In this document: in pieces, positions 1 through 11,124 of the stretch
Position numbering within the stretch: position 1 is the stretch's first letter
How the letters are laid out: each line of letters begins with the position of its first letter
Origin: an uncultured Chloroflexia bacterium
GTDB lineage: Bacteria; Chloroflexota; Anaerolineae; B4-G1; SLSP01
DNA length: 64,000 bases
Assembly (NCBI GenBank): GCA_963751345.1
Contig: CAVVUS010000012.1
Coordinates: 17,982-81,981 of the forward strand
Reading direction: 5' to 3'
Notes under the pieces: generated by a model
Database searches by the model: none
What the model saw: the letters and a program-made list of their open reading frames with translations, nothing else
What the model was told of the DNA's origin: nothing
Translations under genes and position numbers: made by a program

Positions 1-1579
1 CTCGGGCGCGCTTCAGGAGTTGGCCAACCTGATGCCGGATACCGCTGAGCGCATCCTGGACAACGGCGAGACCGAGGAAGTGCCGGTGAGCTGCTCTGAA
101 GGAAGGGGACCTCGTCCTCGTGCGTCCGGGCGCAAGCGTTCCGGCTGATGGGGAGGTCACTGAAGGGAAATCCGGCGTCAACCAGGCCATGATTACGGGC
201 GAGTCCAAGCCGGTAACCAAAGAGCCCGGCGATAAGGTGATCGGCGGGGTCATCAACGGCGAGGGCAGCCTGCGCCTGCGGGTGACCGCGACAGGCGAAG
301 ACACCGCGTTGGCAGGCATTATGCGGCTCGTCGACGAGGCGCAGAAAAGCAAGTCCGATACCCAGATCCTGGCGGACCGGGCGGCCGGGTGGCTCTTCTA
401 TGTGGCGCTGGGCGTGGCTGCACTCACGGCTATCGGATGGATCATCGTCCAGGGACTGCAACTTAGCGTGCTGGATCGCGTGGTCACGGTACTGGTCATC
501 GCCTGTCCGCACGCGTTGGGTCTGGCGGTGCCGCTCGTCGTCGCCATCAGCACCTCACTGGGTGCGCGCAACGGCATCCTGGTACGCGATCGTTTGGCGC
601 TCGAAGAAGCCCGCGAACTTGACACCGTGATCTTTGACAAGACCGGCACGTTGACGGAAGGCAAGTTCGGTGTGGTCGACATGGCCGTGTCCGGCGACTG
701 GGATGAAGCGCGGGCGCTGGGACTCGCCGCAGCGGTCGAAGGGGACTCGGAGCACCTGCTGGCACAGGCCATCCGGGGGAAGGCCAGTGAACGCGGGTTG
801 AGCCTGCCGGAGGTCCGCGACTTCGAGGCCATCAAGGGTCGCGGTATTCGGGCCCAGGCTGAGGGCAGGACGATCTACGTCGGTGGCCCACAGCTGCTGG
901 AGATGCTGAAGACAGAGCCGCCAGAGGTGTTGCGGACCTTCGCGACCGAGGCCGGTGTCAAGGCCCAGTCGTCGTCTATCTTGTGGATGAAACGGACGTC
1001 GTGGCCGCGTTTGCGCTGGCCGATGTCATTCGTCCGGAAAGCCGCGAGGCTGTCAGACGGCTGAGGGAATACGGTGTTGAGGTCGCGATGCTGACGGGTG
1101 ACAGCGAGGAAGTGGCCCGGGCCGTAGCGAAGGAGCTTGGCATCGAGACCTATTTCGCCGAAGTGTTGCCCGAGAACAAGGACCAGAAAGTTGCACAGTT
1201 ACAGGCACAGGGGAAACGGGTGGCGATGGTCGGTGACGGCATCAACGACGCCCCCGCGCTGACGCGCGCGGACGTCGGGATCGCCATCGGCAGCGGGACG
1301 GATGTCGCCATTGAATCGGCGGGCATCATCCTCGTCGAGAGCAATCCGATGGATATCGTGCGGATCTTCGAGCTGAGCAAGGCGACTTACAGAAAGATGA
1401 TCCAGAATCTCATCTGGGCGACCGGGTACAACGTGATTGCGCTGCCGCTGGCAGCGGGGGTATTGGCGCCGGTTGGCATCTTGCTCTCGCCGGCAGTTGG
1501 CGCACTCCTGATGGCGCTCAGCACGGTGATTGTTGCGATCAACGCACAGTTGCTCCGGCGCGTGGATCTTTCACGGTAG
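1..1579 (+). CDS. copB: Heavy-metal (copper) translocating P1B-type ATPase, CopB-like; 5' end outside window; frameshifts near 95 and 975
   Basis: TGES actuator, ACPHALGL (CPH motif), DKTGTLT phosphorylation site, [10 protein letters not shown] and YN..MALST motifs across ORFs 120-1064 and 983-1579. Confidence 0.88.
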
Positions 1580-1594
1580 AGGAGAGGACAAGGA

Positions 1595-1625
1595 ATGGGC
1601 ACACCCAGACAACGGGTGTGCCCAT
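1595..1625. terminator. 12-bp hairpin between convergent genes, probable terminator
   Basis: ATGGGCACACCC-agacaac-GGGTGTGCCCAT. Confidence 0.55.
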
Positions 1626-1662
1626 ACGCATGTCGGATGTGCGGGGCTAAGCCGCTATGATA

Positions 1663-1977
1663 TCACGGCTCGCGAAGTTCCTCTCGGATCTGATGATACT
1701 CGTCTCGCGTGATCTCGCCCGCAGCCAGGCGACGCTTCGCCAAATCGAGCGGTGAGCCGGACAGATCAGGCCCGCCCGCGGTCACGCCACTGGTGGTGCG
1801 AGTCCGCCGAATGAGCCAGATGGTCCCCAGAACAAACAGGGCAAGGAGCCCCAGGAAGAAAAGCAACCCCAAGAGTGGCCCGACGATACCCAACATATCC
1901 CCGCCACCCCTAAGACCTCCCATATCGCCCATGCCGTCTTCGCCAAATCGATCGCAGAATCCACCCCAACCCATCAT
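1663..1977 (-). CDS. Small membrane protein with C-terminal SHOCT domain
   Basis: Gly/Met-rich N-terminus, one TM helix, C-terminal PLDLAKRRLAAGEITRDEYHQIREEL; such genes often sit beside copper ATPases. Confidence 0.8.
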   Translation of the reverse strand: MMGWGGFCDRFGEDGMGDMGGLRGGGDMLGIVGPLLGLLFFLGLLALFVLGTIWLIRRTRTTSGVTAGGPDLSGSPLDLAKRRLAAGEITRDEYHQIREELREP

Positions 1978-2297
1978 ATCAAGCCTCCATCGCTATTGTC
2001 AGATAGAATCACGGTATGTATTCACCGAACATACCTCCGATTATCACAAGCAACTCTCTGATTCTTCATGTCTAGGCCCTAGTATATCGCCGGGAAGCCG
2101 AACGGACAGGTGACAAATGACGTGTCGGGGCCCCCGCCGTTTGGCGGGGGTTCAACCTCATACCCATCGCCATTACGGATCGAACCTCGGAGAAAGAGGC
2201 ACCTTGCGCCGCAGATGGCGGTCCACCTCGCATCCGCTACAGTACAATGGAAGCGTCACAGGTACTTACGCTATCGACGCAAAGGAGATTCGGAGCT

Positions 2298-3576
2298 ATG
2301 TACACACCCAAACCGACCGCCGGTGATACGTCGTGGTTCGTCCACGACCGTTTCGGGATGTTCATCCACTGGGGGCTCTACGCCATCGCGGCCCGCCACG
2401 AGTGGGTGCAGATCGCGCGAGCAGATCTCCCCCGAGGAATACCGGAAGTACTTCGAGCGCTTCAACCCCGGACTACGATCCCGCCGAGTGGGCCGCGGCC
2501 GCGGCTGCGGCGGGGATGAAGTACGTCGTGCTCACCTCCAAGCACCACGAGGGCTTCTGCCTGTGGGACAGCGCCTACACCGACTACAAGGTGACCAACA
2601 CGCCCTACGGCAAGGACCTGCTGCATCCCTACGTGGACGCCTTCCGCGCTGCGGGGCTGCGGGTGGGCTTCTACTACTCGCTCATCGACTGGCACCATCC
2701 CGAGTTCCCCATCGACGGCATCCACCCGCTGCGCAACCACCCGGACGCGCGGAGATCAACAAGAGTCGCGACGTCACGAAGTACGCCGAGTACCTGCACA
2801 ACCAGGTCGCGCGAGCTGCTGACCGACTTCGGCGAGATCTCCTCCTGTGGTGCGACTTCTCTTACCCCGGCGCGACTACCGGGGCTGCCGGGCAAGGGCC
2901 ACGAGGACTGGCAGAGCGAGAAGCTGCTCGAGATGATCCGCGAACTCCAGCCGGGCATCATCCTCAACAACCGGCTGGACCTGCCGTCGTGGCCGACATC
3001 CACACGCCGGAGCAGTGTCAGCCGCCCGAGTGGGTCAAGGTCGACGGCGAGCCGGTGGTCTGGGAGGCGTGCCAGACCTTCAGCGGCTGTTGGGGATATT
3101 ACCGGGACGAGAAGACCTGGAAATCGCCGGGCCAGTTGATTGCGCATGCTGGTCGACACTGTGGCGCGAGGCGGCAACCTGCTGATGAACGTCGGCCCGA
3201 CGCCGCGCGGCACCTTCGACGAACGCGCGATCGACGCCCTGGAGGTCTACGCGGACTGGATGGCACTCCATAGCGAGGCGATCTACGGCTGCACGCAAAG
3301 CGAGTTCGAGGAGCCCCAGGACTGCCGCCTGACGCAGAAGGGCAACAAGCTCTACGTCCATATCTTCGCCTGGCCCTTCAAGCACCTCCACCTCAAGGGG
3401 CTGGGGACAAGGTCGCCTTCGCCCGTTTCCTTCACGACGGCAGTGAGATCCCCCTGCGCCAGCGGGACTGGACCTCGAGTCGCCTGCCGGCCGGGGCAGA
3501 CACCCTGGTGCTCGAGCTGCCGGTCATCGCGCCCGACGTCATAGTCCCGGTGATCGAACTGGAGCTGAAGGACTAG
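2298..3576 (+). CDS. Alpha-L-fucosidase (GH29), multiply frameshifted
   Basis: [49 protein letters not shown] motifs in successive frames; AAGGAG upstream of the ATG. Confidence 0.9.
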
Positions 3577-3891
3577 CCCGCTTTCGGATCACTCAACACA
3601 TGCCCTGGCGGCGGCGTCAGGACATGTCGTCTGCGGCGCCAACTTTCCGGTAACAGGACACCCGGCAAGTGCATCATAGCAGCAATTCCGAATATGGCTT
3701 CGTCGCAGGGACGAGACCTTCGCTTCGGCCGTACTATGCAGCATTTGCCCCCGATTTCCGGTTCATCGCCGTAGGTTGGGCTGGCTGGCCTTGGCAGGCT
3801 TCATATGAGAATGCTGGCATCATAGCCCGGACCCCCGCCCTGGTTCGGGCTATAATAAAGCTGTAGGAAAGGTTGCCAGCGCTATGGAGGC

Positions 3892-4133
3892 ATGGCAATC
3901 CAGGGTATCGACCGCGTTACATTCGATCCCCAGGTAAAGGGAGGCCGCGCGTGTATACGTGGCATGCGCATCACCGTTCCTAATTTCGAATCTGCTGCCA
4001 ACGGGATGACGAGCAAAACGGGACCTGGACGCGTATCCCTATCTGGAGCCTGATGGATATCCAGGCAGCGCTCACCTATGCGGCTTGGCTAGCCGATGAG
4101 TCGGAATACACGGTTGAGAGCTACCGGGCATAA
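3892..4133 (+). pseudogene. DUF433-family antitoxin (VapB45-like), degraded/frameshifted
   Basis: MAIQGIDRVTFDPQVKGGRACIRGMRITV...AYPYLEP..DIQAALTYAA; TATAAT at 3851 and GGAGG RBS. Confidence 0.75.
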
Positions 4134-4500
4134 AGTTTCTGGGCGATATGGGTATCTCGCCACAGAGCATGCTTTCTTACACGATCAGCATATTCAGGCC
4201 GTCCATCTACACGGACTCGGCCTGGATCGGTTGCCGAGACGTAGAGATCGTGCAGAAGGCGCAAGAAGAAGGCTACGTCATCTGGACGCATGATCTGGAT
4301 TTCGGTGAACTCCTCGTGTTGAGTGGGGACAACACCCTAGTGTCGATCATCTACGGGGTTGAAGAACATGCGACCTCATAACGTCAACCGAGGCATACTG
4401 CAGATCCTGGTTGAGGAGCATCCGGTTGGCACTGGATGAAGGCGCTGTTGTCACCGTGGATGAAGCGCGAATACGGGTACAAAGAACTGCCATACTCATA
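4130..4500 (+). pseudogene. DUF5615 PIN-like toxin (VapC45-like), degraded; start codon reads ATA
   Basis: (I)KFLGDMGISP...DVEIVQKAQEEGYVIWTHDLDFGELL; C-terminal EGAVVTVDEARIRV in another frame. Confidence 0.7.
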
Positions 4501-4637
4501 ATACAATCCGTTCGAACTGCCCGTGGAAACGACCGGTAGTCGTTCCTTGAATGAAGCTCAAATTGAAAGCATAGCCATCTGCGCCGGGGCCCGGTGCAGA
4601 TCGGGCAACCATGAGTCACCGATAGGAGGGACGGACC

Positions 4638-5275
4638 ATGACACTCGACCAATGGACGCAATACTCGGCAATCCACAATGCCTTCCGGCACGACATCGCA
4701 AGGTCGACATCGCAGCTTCGACACCGCCAAAGGCCGACCCGGTCTTACCTCGGAGATCGAGCACTTCCGCTTCTTCGAACGAGATCCTGACGTGGCATGC
4801 GCAGGGCGAGGAGTTGGCCATCTTCCCCATGCTCGAAACCGTCGGCCGACGTCGCCGAGAGCGCTATGTCCGGATCGGCATCGATACCTCGAGTCCGGCA
4901 TGGCGGCCCTGGGAACCGTCCGTCGGCCCACGATGTTCTGGAAACAGCACGCGCTTCGGCAGCTTTCAAGTACCATCACGACATACATCTAGCAAAGGAG
5001 GATGCGCACCTGTATCGCCTGATTAGGGAGCGCGTCCCCATACCCCCGACCAGGCCAAGGCGGCCGGCCTGATGGCAAGCACCGTGCCTCAGGAGCGATT
5101 CCCGGAAGTCATCGCGTGGATGTTCCCGCTGATGGCTGACGACGATCGTGAGAATATGGTTCGCATCTGGCAGATGGTGATGCCTGCCCCGGTCTTCGCG
5201 CAGGTCAAGGGACTCGTCGAAACGGCGGTCGGCGACGGCTGGGCGGAGCTGGTCCGACGCATCCCGACGCTGTAG
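4638..5275 (+). CDS. Hemerythrin-like domain protein, heavily frameshifted
   Basis: RPMDAI..IHNAFRHDI, LTWHAQGEELAIFP and IHLAKEDAHLY motifs; GGAGG RBS. Confidence 0.7.
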
Positions 5276-5295
5276 CCTGCCCGAGGCAGCGAACG

Positions 5296-6802
5296 ATGCT
5301 GGGAATGTACGTCCACACCCACTGGGGGTACAACCGACCCTATTCGGCGCGTCGCTGGACCTTGCCGGATTGGGAGGGCTACCTCGAGGGGCTGTCCCGG
5401 CTGGGCTTCGACACGGTAAAGGTCTGGCCCCAGATCGACACGATGCCGCTCGTCCCGACCTCAAGCGACGCAGCGTATCTCAGGACGCTGGCTGACGCCA
5501 CAGAGGTTGCTCACAACCGGTTCGGGATGAAGGTCATCCTCGTTCTCACAGCCAACTGCATGGGCAACGAGAAAGCGGCCGACTATGCGTTCCACAGCCG
5601 ACCCTACTTCATCTGCGAGCAGAAAGTCGATCCCAGCGACGCTGACGCGGTCGCGAGCCTGATCGCGCAGCGGCAGAACGCGCTGGAGTGGGTGCCGAAT
5701 GCCGACGCCATCGCCATCATCGACAGCGATCCGGGTGGCTATATCGGATCCACCAACGAGGCCTTCGTCGATCTGTGTGTAAAGCAGATGCGGGTCTACC
5801 GAGACATCCATCCGGAAGCGGAGTTTGTCTACTGGATGCTGGTGGGATGGGAGACCTACTGCCGGTTCTGGGAGGCCAAGCTCAGGAGGAGGACCCTGAA
5901 CCAACGCCGTGGAAATACCAAAACCCGTCGGACTTCATCGATACCCTGACGCTGCTGCAGGAACGGATGCCGGAGCCCTGGTGGCTGACGGGCTTCCTTG
6001 ATCTCCACACCCAGGCCATCGACCGCCTGGGGCTGAGGGACCGGGCGATGTTTTACCCGTACGGCACGATCGAGGGAGAGCCGGTCTTCCCCCTGACCGT
6101 TTGGACGCTTCCGAGCGGCGGACCGCTTCCGAGCGGCGGACCGCTTACGAGCGGCGGCTCGAAAAGCGGCTGACGCCTGAGGCAATGGGGCCCTACCAGC
6201 TGGGCGTGATGGGGAATGCCCAGACCCACTGTCTCCAGTTGCCCCACACCTACTGGTTCGCCCACCTCGCCCGGGGCGGGACGATGGCGACCACCGACCT
6301 CGCGGCCTTTGCCGAGCGTCTGCTACCCGGCCTCGGCGACCCGATTGCCGAGGCCTGGGGCGCGATCGAGTCGACCGAGCCCGAACGCCAGCTCGAGGCA
6401 GCGCGCTGCCTGCGAACAACGGTAGGCACAGACCATAGGCTGGGTGATCTCGGCGGCCTGCTCTTCGGCGACGCCGATCGATTCCTGGTCGACCTGGCGA
6501 TGAACCTGGAGCTGCGCGCCGCGTTGGCCAGGTTCGGACAGGCCGTCAAGGAACGCCGCGACGTGCGCCCCACACTCGGTGCGGCGTTGGAGCGTTTCAC
6601 CGCCTACCAACAGCGCGTGGGCTTCGTCGATGCCTACGGCGGGCCGCTCACCGTCTTGCTCAATCAACCGCTCGCAGAGCTGGATGACCCCGGTCTGAAT
6701 GCAGTGCTGCACGACTTCGACGACTGGCGCCATCCCGAGGTACGCAATGGGATCGTCCCGCGACTCATTGCCGCGATGGAGCACTACGTGGCGGGCAAAT
6801 AG
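5296..6802 (+). CDS. Hypothetical protein, possibly glycoside-hydrolase-like TIM barrel; frameshifted
   Basis: Consecutive ORFs 5296-5949, 5688-6173 and 6101-6802; N-terminal GMYVHTHWGYNRPYSARRWTLPDW. Confidence 0.55.
6103..6157 (+). repeat. Three tandem ~18-bp repeats inside a CDS
   Basis: GGAC(C)GCTT(C/A)CGAGCGGC x3. Confidence 0.85.
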
Positions 6803-6872
6803 ACACGCACCCTCCCTATGCGCTTGCCCAAACCTGCTCCGAATGCGCTATAATCTGAGAGCGGAGGTGACG

Positions 6873-7142
6873 ATGACACTACGGGAGATCCTGGCAGACA
6901 TTCACGCGCTAGAGGAAGAGATGCTAGCTTTCGAGCGCAAGTACGGCGTCCGCTCGGAGACTTTCTACGCTGCCTACGTGAGAGGTGAAGAGCCGGAGAA
7001 TGACAGTTGGGTCCTGGATTTGGGGGAGTGGGCTAGCGTATACCGAACCTGGCTCGGACGGCAAGCCGAGTATCGCAATGAGATTCAGCTCCGGCAACCC
7101 GAAGCGCCCAGTCTGATCGGATTAGTCCACGAGATGCCGTGA
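6873..7142 (+). CDS. Antitoxin, TumA-like
   Basis: FERKYGVRSETFYAAYVRGE...DLGEWASVY pattern; TATAAT at 6849; stop overlaps the next gene (GTGA). Confidence 0.65.
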   Translation: MTLREILADIHALEEEMLAFERKYGVRSETFYAAYVRGEEPENDSWVLDLGEWASVYRTWLGRQAEYRNEIQLRQPEAPSLIGLVHEMP

Positions 7143-7588
7143 GCAATCCGCTGCGTTCGCCCGAGGATTACGAGCTATTCCTGTACACGCTCAGTGAAGA
7201 GATCACCATGGGTACGCCGCTCAACTCTGACATTGGTCCGACGCGGAGCAACACTACGCGCGTGTCCGGCGAGCTCCTGTTCGACTTCAACTTTCGTTTG
7301 GAGGTCCGCGAGAGGCTCGTATTCCATAGCCTTCCGATCGAGTTAGATTGGTACGGGTATGAAGTGTGGTGTGGCGAAGAGAAGTTGTATTGGTATGATT
7401 CGCAGCCACATCCAGGTGATCCCTTGCTTGTAGCAACACACCCGCATCACAAGCATGTTCCCCCCGACGTGAAGCACCATCGCATACCGGCGCCGACAAT
7501 GAGCTTCAGGCAGCCCAACTTGCCCAGATTGATCGAGGAGATCGAGGCCCTCGTTGAAGAAGCAAAGGACCATCTCGAGCCTACCTGA
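7139..7588 (+). CDS. DUF6516 / TumE-family toxin
   Basis: YGYEVW..EKLYWYDSQPHP...THPHHKH motif. Confidence 0.75.
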   Translation: MSNPLRSPEDYELFLYTLSEEITMGTPLNSDIGPTRSNTTRVSGELLFDFNFRLEVRERLVFHSLPIELDWYGYEVWCGEEKLYWYDSQPHPGDPLLVATHPHHKHVPPDVKHHRIPAPTMSFRQPNLPRLIEEIEALVEEAKDHLEPT

Positions 7589-8246
7589 TCACAAACGAGA
7601 TGGCCACCTCGTAGACTGCAGCGATCGCCAGGACGATGACGATCGGTATGTACATCAGGGCCGTCTGTCGGAGCCCAGCGAGATAGCCCTGGCCCAGCGT
7701 GCCGTAGCCCAGCCGCCTGTGGGCGAGGACGGCCCGTCCCTGAACCCACGCAGCGAGCGCTCCTAGGACGTAGCCCTCGCCCTCGAGCAGCAGCAGACCG
7801 ACAATGAGCACTCCCGACAGAATGCCCTGCCCGCTCAACGGGGAGCCCGACGCCGGGGAGAAAATGAAGCCCCACAGAAGCGCACGATAGAAGGCAATCA
7901 ACCAGCCGCTGAAGGGGATGATCAGTGAGGGCAGCGTGATCGAGGCGAAAGTTCCGATGGTGAGGTTGACGATGAAGGTGAGCGCAATGGCCCGCGCAGC
8001 CTGTCCGGTCGTATAGGCGACGCCGACGGCTGCAAGAGGCCCGCCTTCACCGAAGGTCTGTCCAATGGCGTCATAGAGTGTCTGCTGCAGATCTCGGTTG
8101 AAGGCGATGATCACGAGGCCGGCAATCAGGACGCCATAATAGGCGAGATTGGCAACCAGCCAGGCGCGCCAGTGCTCGCGAATCAGGCCAAAGGATCTGG
8201 CAAACACGTTTCCCTGGCGAGGGGCATCGGACGATGTCATATCCAT
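7581..8246 (-). CDS. Integral membrane protein, SpoIIM-like
   Basis: About 5 TM helices; LLLEGEGY and IAAVYE motifs typical of the SpoIIM family. Confidence 0.6.
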   Translation of the reverse strand: MDMTSSDAPRQGNVFARSFGLIREHWRAWLVANLAYYGVLIAGLVIIAFNRDLQQTLYDAIGQTFGEGGPLAAVGVAYTTGQAARAIALTFIVNLTIGTFASITLPSLIIPFSGWLIAFYRALLWGFIFSPASGSPLSGQGILSGVLIVGLLLLEGEGYVLGALAAWVQGRAVLAHRRLGYGTLGQGYLAGLRQTALMYIPIVIVLAIAAVYEVAISFVIR

Positions 8247-8618
8247 CAGGGCTCCTTTCCGCACAGTCCCTACGGTGGGGACCGTAAGCTATGCCCTGAT
8301 GATAGCCGAGATTAATGATGCCGCCATCGAACCCCGGTCGGATTTGGCGGTTGGACTTGGGGACAGGCCTCACCCACTGAGGCAAGTGCAACCACGTGCC
8401 CGGACCTGCGTAGGATATATGACGCCCGCCGGCTTTCCCCACTCGCAGCATACCGCTGGGTCGAACAATCATTCTGGCGCGCGGGGGCTCAAGATGCATC
8501 ATGAACCCACTGGGGTCGGGCTTGCGTGTTGTTGCCACTGAGGGTGGGGGTTGAGCGGCACCGGTCCATACGGACCGCAAGCACGACGTAAGTCTACTGT
8601 CGCCACCTGGAGGTAACG

Positions 8619-8991
8619 GTGATCATCCCTCAAGCATCAATCGTCGGCGCAGGGGCGCTGTTTCTCTTGACTCTCATCTCCGGTTTATCGCTTGTCCCTC
8701 AGAGAGTCGGGCAGTGTGATCATCCTAACAATCCATAAACTGATCGCACTGGCGACGCTTGTCTTCCTCATCGTCATTGTCGTCCGGGTAAACAAGGCGA
8801 TCGGACTGAACTCGATTCAATGGGTGAGCACCACTATTGCGGGTCTGCTCTTCATCGCCACGATTGCGTCCGGAGGCCTGCTGAGCACCGGGAAGTCGAT
8901 GCCGGCAGCGATCTTGTGGCTGCATCGCGTTGCACCGTATCTGACCTTGCTCGCTACCGTTGCGAGCATGTATCTACTGATCGTCCGCTGA
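8619..8991 (+). CDS. Small four-helix membrane protein; one frameshift near 8690
   Basis: GGAGG RBS then GTG; IHKLIALA and WLHRV His-bearing TM helices. Confidence 0.6.
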
Positions 8992-9012
8992 TATCACTGG
9001 GACGAGGTCTAC

Positions 9013-9797
9013 TCAATAGGCGTACAGCCGCCCATAAGGACGCAGCGAGAGCGGGAGGAGCTTCACAAAGGGCGTCTCCAGGATCTCGGACGCGTCGTAG
9101 TCGAAATGTGAAGCATAGCCCCCGACCAACTCCGAGATCAGCGCCTCATCGTCCGCGTCGAGGGGAACCCGCCCGACGCCCTTCCCCAGTTGGAAGTCGT
9201 CCAGCTCACCGCGGATGTACATGACCCCGCCGTGCATCCCCGTGCCGACAAATCGCGCCGCGTGGGGCTCTCCCGGACGTAGCGTCAGCCCCATCACCAT
9301 CAACACGCCACCGGCCATGTACTCGCCGAGGAAGTGCTGCGCCGTTCCGCCGATGATGATGACAGGGCGCTTGTCCTGGTATGCCTTCATGTGGATGCCC
9401 ACCCGGTAGCCGACGTCGTCGCGCACCCATATCTTGCCGCCGCGCATCGAGTGCCCCGTGACGTCGCCGGCCCGCCCGTGGATGATGATCTCCCCTTCGT
9501 TCATCGTGTTGCCGCACCCGTCCTGGGCGTTGCCATGCACGACGATCCGCGGCCCATCCATAAACGAGGCCAGGTCGTTGCCGGGCGTTCCGTGGATGTC
9601 GATCTGGACCGGAAGCTCGCACCTTTAGGGCGGTGCAGGTCGGTGCCCAGGTAACGCTGCCCGTAGACGTTGTCGATCTCGACGTGCGAGATCCCCTGCC
9701 CATTCACGACCTCGCGCAGCTTCGCGTTGAGATCGCGATAGTGCATGCCGCTTGCATCGATCTGGTACACGGCAGTCTGAACGTCTGTCATCTTCAT
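9013..9797 (-). CDS. gltB: Glutamate synthase GXGXG (GltB domain 3) subunit; frameshifted near 9615
   Basis: NVYGQRYLG, GNAQDGCGNTMNEG, GYRVGIHM, GEYMAGG, GTGMHGG. Confidence 0.88.
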
Positions 9798-10975
9798 CAC
9801 TCCTTCTGGCGCTCGGTCAAGCAACCGCAGCCACACGTTGCCGCGGTGCTCATCGGAGCCGCTGCCGTCTGGAGGGGCACACCCAACCGGCCGATGACGG
9901 GCTCGCCTCCTACCGGACTCCATAGCCGATCGAGCTCTCGGCTGACCAGGCGAATCGGCGCCTCTTCGGAGGACACGTAGAGCCTATTGCCGCGGGTCGC
10001 CGCAATGATGGGGCGCAGGCGGAGACGGTCGGTCAGCCCGATCATCTCGCCCTGATGCGCAAGGATGATGGTGAACGGTCCATTCATCAGCAACGCACCA
10101 TAGACCTGCCGCAGCGTGCGGAACAGGGCCTGCTGCTCGGATGGCATCCGCTCGATCTCGTCCCAGAGCGGAGGCGCCAGCACCTTGACCGCCAACTCAA
10201 CCGGCAGGCTGTGGCGTCGCATCAGGTAGTCGGCAGCATACGCCATCACCTCGGTGTCGGTGGTCATCGTGCAGTGGTAGCCCTGCATCTCCAGGAACCG
10301 GCGGTTCGTGCCATAGGACGAGATCTCACCGTTATGGACGACCGTCCAGTCCAGCAGGCCAAAGGGATGCGCCCCGCCCCACCACCCCGGCGTGTTGGTC
10401 GGGAAACGGTTGTGCGCCGTCCAGATATAGCCTTCGTACTCCTCTACGCCGAAGTAATCGGCAATCTGCTGGGGAAAGCCCACACCCTTGAATGACCCCA
10501 TGTTCTTGCCGCTGCTGTAGATATATGCGCCTATCCCCGCGACGTTGATCTCCATCACTCTGGATACCACGTACTCGAGTTCACCGAGGAGCTTCACCAG
10601 GGGATGATTCTCATCGACGGTGAGGAAATAGCGCCAGATCACGGGAGCATCGTGAAGCTCAGGGGTCGGGTTATGAGGGACCTCCTCGGCGTGTACAAAG
10701 ACGAAGTCGCTCCTCAAACGCGCTTCCACCTGAGGGCGATGATCCGCGTTGGTATACATCACGTGGAAGGCGTAGCAGTCGGCATATTCGGGGTAGCAGC
10801 CATAGATCGCATATCCCGATCCCAGACCGTTGCCACGTTCGGTCATGTTGACCAGGCCGGTCACGACGTCCTCACCGGTGAACCGCTCACCGGTCGTATC
10901 CATCATCCCGAAGACGCCGCAAGCATCGTAGACTTTGTCATCGCCATATGGATTCTCAAGCGACGTGATGTTCAT
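9797..10975 (-). CDS. gltB: Glutamate synthase class-II glutamine amidotransferase (GltB domain 1) subunit
   Basis: ACGVFG, ERGNGLG, AHNRFPTNT, HPF, VVHNGEI, TDTEV, DRLRLRP. Confidence 0.9.
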   Translation of the reverse strand: MNITSLENPYGDDKVYDACGVFGMMDTTGERFTGEDVVTGLVNMTERGNGLGSGYAIYGCYPEYADCYAFHVMYTNADHRPQVEARLRSDFVFVHAEEVPHNPTPELHDAPVIWRYFLTVDENHPLVKLLGELEYVVSRVMEINVAGIGAYIYSSGKNMGSFKGVGFPQQIADYFGVEEYEGYIWTAHNRFPTNTPGWWGGAHPFGLLDWTVVHNGEISSYGTNRRFLEMQGYHCTMTTDTEVMAYAADYLMRRHSLPVELAVKVLAPPLWDEIERMPSEQQALFRTLRQVYGALLMNGPFTIILAHQGEMIGLTDRLRLRPIIAATRGNRLYVSSEEAPIRLVSRELDRLWSPVGGEPVIGRLGVPLQTAAAPMSTAATCGCGCLTERQKE

Positions 10976-11002
10976 TGTGAGTTCCCCCTCGTTCTAACGA
11001 AG

Positions 11003-11121
11003 CAATCAGCTTTCAGCGAAAGGAAGTAAGAAGTACGGAGTAAGGAATATGGGCACTCGGTTGCAGCCTACTTCCTACTCCTTACTCCCTACTCCTGCTG
11101 ATCGCTGATCGCTAATCGCTT
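11003..11121. repeat. Intergenic imperfect heptamer tandem repeats
   Basis: (CCTACTC/T)n and GCTGATC GCTGATC GCTAATC, with partly complementary arms AAGTAAG/GGAGTAAGG. Confidence 0.7.
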
Positions 11122-11124
11122 CCT

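Noticed and set aside
960-990. Programmed frameshifting in the ATPase and other split genes
   Set aside because: No slippery heptamer or stimulatory structure seen, and indels are widespread
6103-6157. 18-bp repeats as CRISPR or iterons
   Set aside because: Directly tandem with no spacers and inside a coding region
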